Below, piece by piece: positions 48,031 through 58,426 of a stretch of DNA of 64,000 bases. The notes below the pieces were generated by a model that saw only the letters and a list, made by a program, of their open reading frames with translations, was not told where the DNA came from and did not search any database. The DNA is taken from contig BCGN01000012.1 in assembly GCA_001599295.1 (NCBI GenBank), positions 1 through 64,000 on the forward strand, given 5' to 3'. Positions within the stretch are counted from its first letter, which is position 1; every line of letters starts with the position of its first letter. A program made the position numbers and the translations under genes. This stretch comes from Sporopachydermia quercuum (Eukaryota).

Positions 48031-50217
48031 ATGACTAATATCACTATGAACAGATTTATACGAGCAAACTCTCAGTTGATCCCAACTGTTAAAAAGGTGA
48101 ATAGAAACAATCAACTATTCATTACTCAACAGAAAAGGTCAATAGCTCTTAATGCTGAACTGAAAGCCTTTCTTGATCCACTGCCGAAACACGATGTAGT
48201 AATTATTGGTGGTGGCCATGCTGGTTGTGAAGCTTCTACAGCTGCTGCAAGAACGGGAGCCAAATCGATGCTTATTACCCAAAAAATTGAATCTATAGGG
48301 ACGTGTTCTTGTAATCCNAGTTTTGGAGGGGTTGGGAAAGGTACTTTAGTTAAAGAAGTTGATGCTATGGATGGTGTGTCAGGGAAAGTTGCCGATAAAG
48401 CAGGAATTCAGTTCAAAATCCTTAATTCTTCTCGAGGTCCAGCCGTATGGGGACCTAGAGCTCAAATAGACAGAAAAATATATAAAGCTGAGATGCAAAA
48501 GACGTTACTAAATTACCCTGGTCTTGAAATTAAAGAAGCTGCTGTTAAGGATATAATCATAAACTTAGATACTAGCAGCTTAACTAATGACGATCCAGTA
48601 CTATCAAATTATTCTACTAGGCTACATGGGAATGTAGAAGGTTTAATACTTGAATCAGGAGAAATTGTCAAAACAAATAATGTAGTGGTGACCACTGGTA
48701 CATTTCTTGGTGGCGAAATTCACATTGGCATGACGGCTTATCCATCAGGAAGGATTGGTGAGAATGCAACTTTTGGTCTGAGTGAAACATTCAAAACTGC
48801 TGGTTTCAGAGTAGGAAGACTGAAAACCGGTACTCCACCAAGATTGTCTCATAATAGCATCGATTACTCTAAATTGAATCCTGAACCTGGCGATGTGATT
48901 CCAACTCCTTTCAGTTTTATGAATGAGGAGGTCGCAATACAGGATCAAGTGCTATGTCATACTACCTTTACCAATGCTGAGACTCATAAAATCATCAGAG
49001 ACAACTTGCATACTACATTACATATAAGAGAATCAGTAAGGGGACCCCGCTATTGTCCATCTATTGAAAGCAAAGTCATACGTTTCCCTCAGAAGGGGTC
49101 TCATAGAATATGGCTTGAACCTGAAGGCCTTGATACTGACGTGGTGTATCCTAATGGTATTTCTGTCACATTGCCTGCAGAGACTCAAAAAAAAATGCTA
49201 CAAACAATCAGCGGCTTGGAAACTGTTGAAATGCTTCAACCAGGTTACGGGGTTGAATACGATTATGTAGATCCTCGTGAGCTTAGAGCGTCATTTGAAA
49301 CTAAGCTGGTGAATGGTTTATTTTTAGCTGGCCAAATCAATGGTACAACTGGTTATGAAGAAGCAGCAGCTCAAGGCTGCGTTGCTGGTATCAATGCCGG
49401 TTTGAACAGTTTAGATAAACCTCCATTGATATTAAAACGCAGTGACGCTTTTATTGGTACTCTCATTGACGATCTTATTACTAAAGGTGTCGATGANCCT
49501 TATAGAATGTTTACTTCCCGTTCAGAATTTCGAATTAGTGTCCGAGCTGATAATGCCGATTTACGTTTAACGGAACTTGCCAGAAGTGTGGGTGCTGTTT
49601 CTGATGAACGTTGGGAGAGATATTTACACGATAAACAGCTTTATGAAACAGGAATCGAAATTCTAGGCAATTTCTCAATGAGTCTGACCAAATGGAATAG
49701 AGTCATGTATGGCATAGATAGAGCAAGCAGTGAAGTCAATACTGGCCTTCAAAGATTGCTCGATAACTCAGTAGCAATTCAAGATCTCATCAAGTATTTA
49801 CCTGCTGATGAAAGGGTTTATGGCAATAGCAATAAGGGAAATGCTATTAACGCCTATGAGTTTTTCAAAGCTTTGCCAAAACGAATTATACAGAAAATTG
49901 ACGTTGAGGCCAAATATGCTAAGTATATTACAGCTGAAAAGAGACAAGTAAGACTTCTTCATAATGATGAGGAATTGAAATTACCTAGAGATTTCGATTA
50001 TAGATCTATTGGTACTTTATCTAATGAAGAGATTTCACGTTTAACCGAGGTACAACCAGAAACAATTGGACAAGCAAAAAGGATTCAAGGGATTACTCCC
50101 GGTACTGTTATTTCTTTGTATAAGCTGATAAAGAATGGTAGGAAAAATAATGTGTATCCTAAGATTGGGGGATTAGAACTAGGAGCACAACAACAGGAAC
50201 AGCAACCGGAACAGTAA
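48031..50217 (+). CDS. MTO1: Mitochondrial tRNA U34 modification enzyme Mto1 (GidA/MnmG)
   Basis: GGGHAGCEA, SCNxSFGG (one N in the Pro codon), [36 protein letters not shown] and [10 protein letters not shown]. The first ATG is at 48031. Confidence 0.97.
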   Translation: MTNITMNRFIRANSQLIPTVKKVNRNNQLFITQQKRSIALNAELKAFLDPLPKHDVVIIGGGHAGCEASTAAARTGAKSMLITQKIESIGTCSCNXSFGGVGKGTLVKEVDAMDGVSGKVADKAGIQFKILNSSRGPAVWGPRAQIDRKIYKAEMQKTLLNYPGLEIKEAAVKDIIINLDTSSLTNDDPVLSNYSTRLHGNVEGLILESGEIVKTNNVVVTTGTFLGGEIHIGMTAYPSGRIGENATFGLSETFKTAGFRVGRLKTGTPPRLSHNSIDYSKLNPEPGDVIPTPFSFMNEEVAIQDQVLCHTTFTNAETHKIIRDNLHTTLHIRESVRGPRYCPSIESKVIRFPQKGSHRIWLEPEGLDTDVVYPNGISVTLPAETQKKMLQTISGLETVEMLQPGYGVEYDYVDPRELRASFETKLVNGLFLAGQINGTTGYEEAAAQGCVAGINAGLNSLDKPPLILKRSDAFIGTLIDDLITKGVDXPYRMFTSRSEFRISVRADNADLRLTELARSVGAVSDERWERYLHDKQLYETGIEILGNFSMSLTKWNRVMYGIDRASSEVNTGLQRLLDNSVAIQDLIKYLPADERVYGNSNKGNAINAYEFFKALPKRIIQKIDVEAKYAKYITAEKRQVRLLHNDEELKLPRDFDYRSIGTLSNEEISRLTEVQPETIGQAKRIQGITPGTVISLYKLIKNGRKNNVYPKIGGLELGAQQQEQQPEQ

Positions 50218-50336
50218 CATATTTGATTGTATATGNGATGAATTAGAAGTTAGTGTAGGCTAATGCGGTGTTAGGGAGTTGAAAGAAAGAACTTCTGTAT
50301 GTATATAGATGAATAGGATTATTATTTATGTGATTA

Positions 50337-50360
50337 TAGTAGTAGTAGTAGTAGTAGTAG
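50337..50360 (+). repeat. (TAG)8 microsatellite
   Basis: Eight perfect TAG units in the convergent MTO1/CENP-T intergenic region. Confidence 0.9.
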
Positions 50361-50619
50361 TGGTAGTTTATGGAACCATTTGCAGTATTCATTTATAACG
50401 AACACACATCAACTCTTCTCTACTAATTCCTCCTTTCATACTAATAGAAACAAGAAAACAATCATTAATATAATACAACGGTAAACACCTTAATATAAAT
50501 ACACATTATAATCCCATTTCACATCTACCAAATGAAACAAAGCATGCTTCTATTCTTCACTCCTTTACTCCTTCAATATAATACAATATGAATATGAATA
50601 TGATTGTATATTCATTGTA

Positions 50620-52414
50620 CTATAGAGTAAAAATCCGCTCTTCATTCTTCCTCTGATCATCATTATCACTACTATTAACATCATCAACATTGTCATCAGA
50701 CGATTGAAACCATTCATTAACTGATTCTTCGCTATCACTATCACTTTCACTTTCACTGCTAATCTTATTTTTATTCTTGCGCTTATTTGACTTAATTGTT
50801 CTTTTCTTCTTAAATCTCTTAGCATCAAGCTTGTCAAACACTTTTTCTAACTCCTTTATACCTTCCATTGGCATTAAATTTCTTGCCAGTTGAAATATCC
50901 TTGCTGAGGCATCTTCATCCGTTATCACTTTTTGTCGATGCATTAATAACATCACATCAGTGACATCAATAGTTTTCTTTCCAGCATGATCGGCATACGA
51001 TTCAAGATCTTTTGCTTGCCGTTGAAAGAATCGTTCACTAACATTCTGAATCTCACGAATAGTTTCCTTCGAAATACTTGAATATTGTCTAGGTAGTATT
51101 TGATGTACAAGCTTTTTCACCACTGACCTGTTTAAAGCTGTAGGATATTCAGATGTATCAACTGGAGTATTTGTAGTGATGCTGGCATTGAAATTATTAG
51201 TTGTAACGTCAGTAGAAATAGATGCATCATGGATAGCTGATTGTTTAGCTGGACCATTAGCAAATGGCTCATTTCTTTCATTATTATAACCATTGTCGTC
51301 GTCAAGCTCATTTCCTAGAGTGTATTCATATGGAACGTTTTGATTTTCTCCATCACCAAGAAATAGCCCATCGTCAAGCCTTATAACTAATCCACTACTA
51401 TCAGCAAAGGAATTTGGAGCTGCGGAGAAATCCATATTATCTAAATCATCATCAGTCATAATAGCCTCAGGAGCAGCAACATCAAGAAAAAGTTCACTAT
51501 CANTATTATGTCCAATAGTGCTCAGTCTTCCTGTAGCAGTATCACGGAAGAACTCTATATCATTTGGTACAGTTGTAGTCACTATATCCTTCGAAACAGG
51601 AGTAACCTCTTTATCTATAAGGTTTCTTTCTACTATCGTCTCTTCTTCCTGTATCGCTTCTTCTTCCATCGTAACATCTACGTCGACTTGTTGCCTATTT
51701 TCTACTATTTTCTCGCTTTCTTGTGTTACACTACTAGTTAATTTATTATGTAACTTCATTAACGTTTCAGCTTCAGTATTGATTCTCTTCCTTTGGCTTT
51801 CNAACTCTTCTTTATCTTCATTTTCGCGTTTCTCATTCACAAGCATTCGGCTCAACAACCTCAAGTCATCGCGTGGCGTTATTTCAACATTCTGTTTGGT
51901 TTTCCTGCTTGGTGTGTTAGCTTGTGACGTTGCTATTATAGCATGTGGAGTTGTGGGCACATAATTTCTATTACGATTGATGGATTTTAATCTGCTTCCC
52001 GGAGTTGATAAATGCGTATTTGGGGTTTTTGGAGTTGTAGCTGAGTAATTCGGTGTTCCTCTTACTGGAGTGCGAGTAATTGCATTATCATTTGACTTCG
52101 TCTGTTCAGGTGTCATGATAGTGTCCGTGTTACCATCGTCACCATTGCGAGGAGTAGATTCTTCATTATTTATCGAATTTGCAGTCTAATTTGTTTTCAA
52201 AAACCCGTTAGTAAGAGAACTCAGCAAATAATTTCAAGCCTTTATGCCAAAATCAACACACTTTTTCCTGGTCTTTATCTGCTATATCTTCTATGTTGTC
52301 ATCAATAGTATCTGGTGGGTTACGTGTCGTTGTATCAAGGGCATTTCCATCTGACGACTGTATTAATGGCTGGTCACCAGAGGAAGCTTCACCCGGTTTT
52401 CGAGATCTCAGCAT
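50620..52414 (-). CDS. CNN1: Kinetochore protein CENP-T (Cnn1/Cnp20), two exons (about 572 aa)
   Basis: C-terminal histone fold (FFQRQAKDLESYADHAGKKTIDVTDVMLLMHRQ), TP-rich N-terminus and TPRDDLRLLSRML Ndc80-binding-type helix. Proposed exon 1 is 52414..52262, with phase-0 intron 52261..52186 (GTGTGT, TACTAAC at 52213..52207, TAG). Confidence 0.85.
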
Positions 52415-52917
52415 TTTTCTACCATAATTTCCTTTTTCTATAGATGGATTTGGGAAGCTCTGGTCTAGAGATTACCTTTAATGATAAATAATTGTTCGAT
52501 AAATGGTTTAGATTATTTTGATGGTTGTGGTATTCATGAGCTGAAAAATAAAGTTATAAGGGTATGCATGATACAAGCAAAGAGCGAAAAGGCCGCAGTA
52601 TTACTGCATATCTTCAATAAAANCAGAAAGGCAACATGATGATACACAGGTTATTTTATGGATGAAGTAATGAAATCTAAGCTCCAAATATGGATACTAN
52701 TTACTATCACATAAGTAATCTAAAATTACTAAAATATTATTATTATCTGCTCAGAATTATAATTTCCACAACATTGGGCATCAAGTACACTTATATTCTA
52801 TGCATTAACTACATATTTATATATTCAATACGAAACCCTAAAAGTAATTACCTGAATAGGAAAAGTAAATCTAACAAAGTTTACATGTTCATACAAACTG
52901 AAAAAAATCACCAGGAA

Positions 52918-52933
52918 ACGCGCTCGGACGCGT
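52918..52933. promoter_or_regulatory. Tandem MCB (MBF) elements in the divergent CENP-T/ECO1 promoter
   Basis: ACGCG at 52918..52922 and ACGCGT at 52928..52933 in otherwise CpG-poor DNA. Confidence 0.75.
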
Positions 52934-53200
52934 TCTCTTCTCATCTGTCCTATCGATTCACCATCTATCTATCAATTGCCTCTTAACCATATACTCACAC
53001 TAGAAGGACTTTATCATTTTCTCTTTCTATTCTACATCCTATATAGAATTTTCCATACCTATCTCTCCCTTATCATAAGCGCTTTCAGCAATGATGGTTT
53101 TGAACCGTCTTATTTTAACACTTTTTGAACTCTTAAATGTCAATCGATCACGTTTAAACCTAAATCTACAACAATACTAAGCAAGAATTCACTATTCATC

Positions 53201-54874
53201 ATGGCAATTGGATTACCAACTAAAATGCCTGATTCTAGCGGCGGTAAATTGGCCACTNGGAATAGTAGAATCCCAACAACACCGCAAAAGAAAAAAATGT
53301 TTAAATTCACTAGCAGCAGTCCCATTCTCGACTCTTCACCTGAAAGTCTCATGAGATACTTCTCAGATATTACATATTCCAGCCCATTTACCACTGATAC
53401 TATCAGTAGAAGTTCATCAAAGTCTCCAGTTAAAAGAAAAAGAAGCAGGGTAAATTCACTTCTAAATCTGCTCTCGCCAACTAAGAAGCAGAAGAGAAAA
53501 CGATTGGGTGAGTCCATCAAGAAACAGAACAGTCTGCCTTCTCCTCCAATCACCTCACCATTGAAACCTGATAGTTCACCTGTGCGCCGTTTACAGTTCT
53601 CTCCACCATCAAGTCCAACTACAATGAGCCAAGAATCAGATGTACTAAATGACCTGAATGACCATAATAATCATGATTATTTATCACCTTCGTCTTCTTT
53701 ATCCTCTTCACCAATTTTCAATTTCAAAGTCAAATCACCAATAATCACCAATATTCCCAGTAGCCCTACGAAATCTCTATCGCCAATGAGGAAACCAGTA
53801 AGAATTCCAATGAAAGATCTTACAAATATCAAAGTTAGAAGGTCTAAACCAAAAGCGGTGTTCAAATTGAAAACCAATGATAAATCATTTCAAGCTCAAT
53901 TGACGTTAGATAATCGTTTTAAAAAGACATGCAAAGAGTGTGGTATGTCATATATTCATACTTGCAAAGAAGATGTTATATTTCATGATAAGTTTCACAT
54001 CAAATCTTTTCAAGGACGCGAATGGAAGTCAACTTGGGGCAAAAACAAAATAATAGACTTTAAAATAGCTGGAGTATCAGCCGAAGCTTTCATTGTAAGA
54101 GTTGATCCGAGTAAGATAGGAGAAAAGAGATCCGCATTAGAACTGGGAGAACTGATCAACCATGAATTATCAGCACCACCAGATACTGGACGATGGCTGA
54201 AGAATGAAGCTGAAGGCAAAGCATACATTTGCGTGGTTGCTGTTAATTCAACGAAGACTGCAACAACCAAAGCAAAACTGAAAACTNAGTTACACAAAGA
54301 GCATCTAAGAGATCGTTTGACTCAGACAAGCATTTTTTCGTTTGCATCATCTACATTGGCCAAGAAGAAGACACAGTCATTAAAGAAGAAATTGGGATCA
54401 AATGTTAACAATCAACAAAATGGAACAAACACACGTAATAGCAAGACGCAGTTACGAGCTGTTGGTCTACTGATTACAGAGAGAATTAACCAGGGATTTT
54501 GGATGAAAGCTGATGAAAGCTCCTTACTGACTGGTGGGATAGATACGTCAAAGCTTGAAGAGCAAAATGTCTTAAAGCAGGCATCCATTGACGTTGGTGA
54601 TAATAGTAATTCAGTCACAGCTAAAAATCCTAACCTTGTTATGGGAGTTTCTAGAATTTACGTTTCTCGTAATTACAGAAAGTTAGGAATTGGTAAACAG
54701 CTTTTGAATGCTGCACAAGAAGATTTCATTCATGGTTTCACTATACCAAAGTATCAGATTGCATGGAGTCAACCTAGTGAAACCGGTAGTAAATTAGCTG
54801 CCAGTTGGAATCATATAGAGTATAGAGATTTAGATGGGAATACTTCAACTGTTTTTCCAGTTTATTTGGAGTAA
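53201..54874 (+). CDS. ECO1: Cohesin acetyltransferase Eco1 with a long SP-rich N-terminal extension
   Basis: PIP-like QAQL, C2H2 finger CKECGMSY...D...HDKFH, INHELSAP, and acetyltransferase motifs GVSRIYV...RKLGIG and IAWSQPSETG. Confidence 0.92.
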   Translation: MAIGLPTKMPDSSGGKLATXNSRIPTTPQKKKMFKFTSSSPILDSSPESLMRYFSDITYSSPFTTDTISRSSSKSPVKRKRSRVNSLLNLLSPTKKQKRKRLGESIKKQNSLPSPPITSPLKPDSSPVRRLQFSPPSSPTTMSQESDVLNDLNDHNNHDYLSPSSSLSSSPIFNFKVKSPIITNIPSSPTKSLSPMRKPVRIPMKDLTNIKVRRSKPKAVFKLKTNDKSFQAQLTLDNRFKKTCKECGMSYIHTCKEDVIFHDKFHIKSFQGREWKSTWGKNKIIDFKIAGVSAEAFIVRVDPSKIGEKRSALELGELINHELSAPPDTGRWLKNEAEGKAYICVVAVNSTKTATTKAKLKTXLHKEHLRDRLTQTSIFSFASSTLAKKKTQSLKKKLGSNVNNQQNGTNTRNSKTQLRAVGLLITERINQGFWMKADESSLLTGGIDTSKLEEQNVLKQASIDVGDNSNSVTAKNPNLVMGVSRIYVSRNYRKLGIGKQLLNAAQEDFIHGFTIPKYQIAWSQPSETGSKLAASWNHIEYRDLDGNTSTVFPVYLE

Positions 54875-55709
54875 CTTTTTAGCTGAAACCAGCTAAACTA
54901 AGTGCATAGAACAAAGGAGAGAACCTATAGTGATGGTTGAACTGCATATCGATCGTCTATGATACAGGGACTAGTAGTTACTTAGAAGCTGAATTTACTG
55001 GGACCTGCCCTCAGATTATCAACTATAATCAGCTCCTGATAGCTAGAAAAGATGCTCTAGAGCCCATAAACGTTCAATGCTTACCAATTTAATTTTTTAT
55101 TTTCAGTTTTTGACGTCAGGTTTTTCGATAAAATAAGGTACTTTGTCAATTCTACGCTGTCTGGTAGAGGTTCCAAAATTTTTTCTTCTTTTATTAACTG
55201 CTGTGCCCAACGTGACTGCTCACAGTGTGAAAATATACAATTATAATCAATATGCAAATAAATACCCTTAATTTACCAATAGCAGCGCCTATTTGTTTGT
55301 GACGAAAGTATTTCCAATACCTAAGTGCTCTTAAACCGTTCCGTGAAGCTTCATTAGGAAATAAAAGAAAACCGTCCAGCCGAATTTTCAGTCAAACGAA
55401 GCTTCACATCACGTGCTATATGAAAAATTGTCCGAGACATCTTTCTTACAGAGTCCTTCAAATCAGGTCGATCAATTGGACAAACCCAACTAAAAAAAAG
55501 ATAACATAGTATAACCTTCACTATGAAATTAATCCATCCGTATTGGCCTTTTAGTTTTATATAAATATACTCTATAGAACAATTCTTCCCTTTCTTTCAC
55601 ATTGTTCCAAACTATTCATTCCATATAAACCTGTAAGTCTCCTACACTACCCTCTTATTCCACTAGTTTCGTCCTCAGGCTTGTGCTTTCCTTCAACGCT
55701 TCTCAATGT

Positions 55710-55725
55710 TAGATCACGTGATCTA
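55710..55725. promoter_or_regulatory. 16-bp palindrome centred on a Cbf1-type E-box upstream of ADE4
   Basis: TAGATCACGTGATCTA. A second ATCACGTG is at about 55408 and a CRE-like TGACGTCA at 55111..55118. Confidence 0.6.
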
Positions 55726-56231
55726 CAACGGAGAATTCTCGCAGAACCTTGGTTCCACACCCAATTTTACAACGTGAGAATATTCGTTCGTCCCGGCCAG
55801 TCTTTCCCTTCCATTGATTGTTCCTGCTGCAAAAATTTTTTACTCTTACCTTTCATTCGTTTATCAGCAATTCATTCTCTACAGATATTTGTCTTTTGTA
55901 TACAATACAATCTCTACTAATGAGATTTGTATCAATTTTCATTCGAACCATTACTTACTATGAACTAGTAATCAAATAGTATTTGACTTATTTCCTTGTG
56001 GAGTGAGAAAAATTCACTGTTACAGAGTTGAATACCCATTCGTTGATTGGCAAGCAGACGATTACTATCAGTATCAATAGGTATTCTGTTGCTGCATTTC
56101 ACCGTTTGATAGGAAAAGAAGATANAAACCATTAATTCAGCTTTTATCGTTTAGAAGCTTTCTCTTAACTTTTTTTTTCTTTCTTTTTGCTTGAAAAAAT
56201 AAAAAATAACGATCAGTGATAACGAATCAAA

Positions 56232-56531
56232 GTGAGTTGTGAAATTTGATTTTGATACTAGTGATTTGATGGATAGGAAGATATCATGTAAGATCGCCAA
56301 TGAAAGGACAATGTACTATCGAAGTATCCAATGGNATTTGATGATGAACAAAAAAGATTATTNTTAGACGTTAGACTTCCTAATTTTATTGCCGGAAAGA
56401 ATCTATTTCTGAATTGCTTAGTATTATTGAACCTGTAATTGGGCTTACGAAAGCATATTTCCCTACCTATTCATAGTCAAGAAATTGTATTGTTTTGTTG
56501 ATTTATTCAAGCAAATATGCTAACTATTTAG
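56232..56531 (+). other. 5'-UTR spliceosomal intron ending immediately before the ADE4 ATG
   Basis: GTGAGT donor at 56232, TGCTAAC branch at 56518..56524 and TAG at 56529..56531. Splicing creates the A-rich context AATCAAA|ATG. Confidence 0.7.
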
Positions 56532-58103
56532 ATGTGCGGAGTCATTGGCATTATTGCAGCCAACAGACAACAAAATGTTGCTTCAGAATTACTTGACGGA
56601 GCAATGTTTCTCCAACATAGAGGCCAAGACGCAGCAGGTATAAGTACTTGTGGTGAAGGAGGAAGAATTTATCAATGCAAAGGTAATGGTATGGCCAGAG
56701 ATGTGTTCACTCAACAGAGAATGTCCGGCTTGATTGGAAGTATGGGTATTGCTCATTTAAGGTATCCAACTGCTGGCTCTTCAGCTAATTCTGAAGCTCA
56801 ACCTTTCTATGTGAATTCTCCTTACGGTATTTGCTTATCTCACAATGGCAATTTAGTCAATGCTAATGCGTTGAGAGGCTATCTAGACGAAACTGCACAT
56901 AGACATATAAACACAGGCAGTGATTCTGAAGTATTATTGAACGTTTTTGCTTCTCAATTAGAAAAATACAATAAAGTGAGAGTAAATACTGATGATATCT
57001 TCGATGCCTTGAAAGGTACCATGGAATTATGCCGTGGTGCTTATGCGTGCGTGGGAATGCTAGCTGGTTATGGAATTTTAGGATTCCGTGATCCTCATGG
57101 AATCCGTCCTTTAGTTATTGGTGAACGTGTTGATAGTAGCGGTAAAACTGATTATATGCTTGCCAGTGAAAGTGTTGTTTTGGTAGCTCACGGATTTTCA
57201 AAGTTCAGAGATATTTTACCCGGTGAAGCAGTGTCAATTCCAAAGGACACATTGAAACCTGTTTTCAAGCAATTAGTTCCAATGCAGTCATANAGCCCTG
57301 ATATCTTTGAGTATGTTTATTTTGCCCGCCCCGACAGTGTTATGGATGGTATCTCTGTTTATAGAGCAAGATTAAGTATGGGAACTAAACTTGCTGAAAA
57401 CATTGCAGAATCTTTTGGCGGGGTTGAAAAATTGCGTGAGGAAGTTGATGTTGTTATTCCTGTTCCTGATACGTCGAGAAACTCTGCTTTACAATTGGCT
57501 GTGAAGTTACAATTGCCTTATAGAGAAGGTTTTGTCAAAAATAGATATGTTGGTAGAACATTCATTATGCCAAATCAAAAGGAAAGGAAGAGCAGCGTCA
57601 GAAGGAAGTTGAATGCTATGGAACTGGAATTCAAAGACCGTAATGTCTTACTCGTTGATGACTCTATAGTTCGTGGTACTACTTCCAGAGAGATCATTCA
57701 AATGGCTCGTGATGCAGGTGCTAAAAAGGTGTTCTTTGCATCATGTGCACCCCCTATTCGTCACAATCATATTTATGGTATAGATTTAGCTGACACTAAG
57801 GCGTTGGTAGCTTATGGTAAAGATGAAAAAGAAATTGGAGAAGAAATTGGTGCTGATGCTGTTTATTATCAAAAGTTAGGAGATTTGATGGAAGCTTGCT
57901 CATATGGTGATATAAATAATTTTGAAGTAGGTGTATTTACTGGAGGGTACGTTACAGGAAGAGAGGATAATTATATTGATGAATTAGAAAAGGAACGAGC
58001 AATNAATCAAAGGCTGAAAGAGAATGGCAATGAAGGTATTGCAGCTCAAGATTGGAAGGCTGATGTTGATATAGGTTTATATAATAGTGGTGATTATATT
58101 TAG
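56532..58103 (+). CDS. ADE4: Amidophosphoribosyltransferase
   Basis: N-terminal MCG nucleophile, QHRGQDAAG, HLRYPTAG, HNGN, FEYVYFARPDS and PRPP loop LLVDDSIVRGTT. Confidence 0.98.
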   Translation: MCGVIGIIAANRQQNVASELLDGAMFLQHRGQDAAGISTCGEGGRIYQCKGNGMARDVFTQQRMSGLIGSMGIAHLRYPTAGSSANSEAQPFYVNSPYGICLSHNGNLVNANALRGYLDETAHRHINTGSDSEVLLNVFASQLEKYNKVRVNTDDIFDALKGTMELCRGAYACVGMLAGYGILGFRDPHGIRPLVIGERVDSSGKTDYMLASESVVLVAHGFSKFRDILPGEAVSIPKDTLKPVFKQLVPMQSXSPDIFEYVYFARPDSVMDGISVYRARLSMGTKLAENIAESFGGVEKLREEVDVVIPVPDTSRNSALQLAVKLQLPYREGFVKNRYVGRTFIMPNQKERKSSVRRKLNAMELEFKDRNVLLVDDSIVRGTTSREIIQMARDAGAKKVFFASCAPPIRHNHIYGIDLADTKALVAYGKDEKEIGEEIGADAVYYQKLGDLMEACSYGDINNFEVGVFTGGYVTGREDNYIDELEKERAXNQRLKENGNEGIAAQDWKADVDIGLYNSGDYI

Positions 58104-58426
58104 CGAGTGATAGATTTATGGGTAAAGCGTGTATTTTGTTAGGTGTGATGTGTGATGTGTGTATGTTTAATTTTAAGTGCATTTGTATAATAACTATGAA
58201 CGTAAGCATGTCATTCTTTGTTTTGCATGCTTGCCGGCCGCTATATTATTCGAATAATCAGATGCTCCAGTACAGTGCTAAATGGTAAGGTATTGAACCA
58301 CGGTGATTAGTGTAGGACGTTAAGCACGTGACGAACTGATTGATGGATACAACATATTATGATTATCTTCCAGTGTTCGTCTGTACAAGAAACAAGTTAT
58401 CTTNATTTATAAATATCAAACATTCG

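Noticed and set aside
56341..56412. C/D box pair inside the ADE4 leader intron
   Set aside because: Spacing is plausible, but I could not identify an rRNA-complementary guide or terminal stem.
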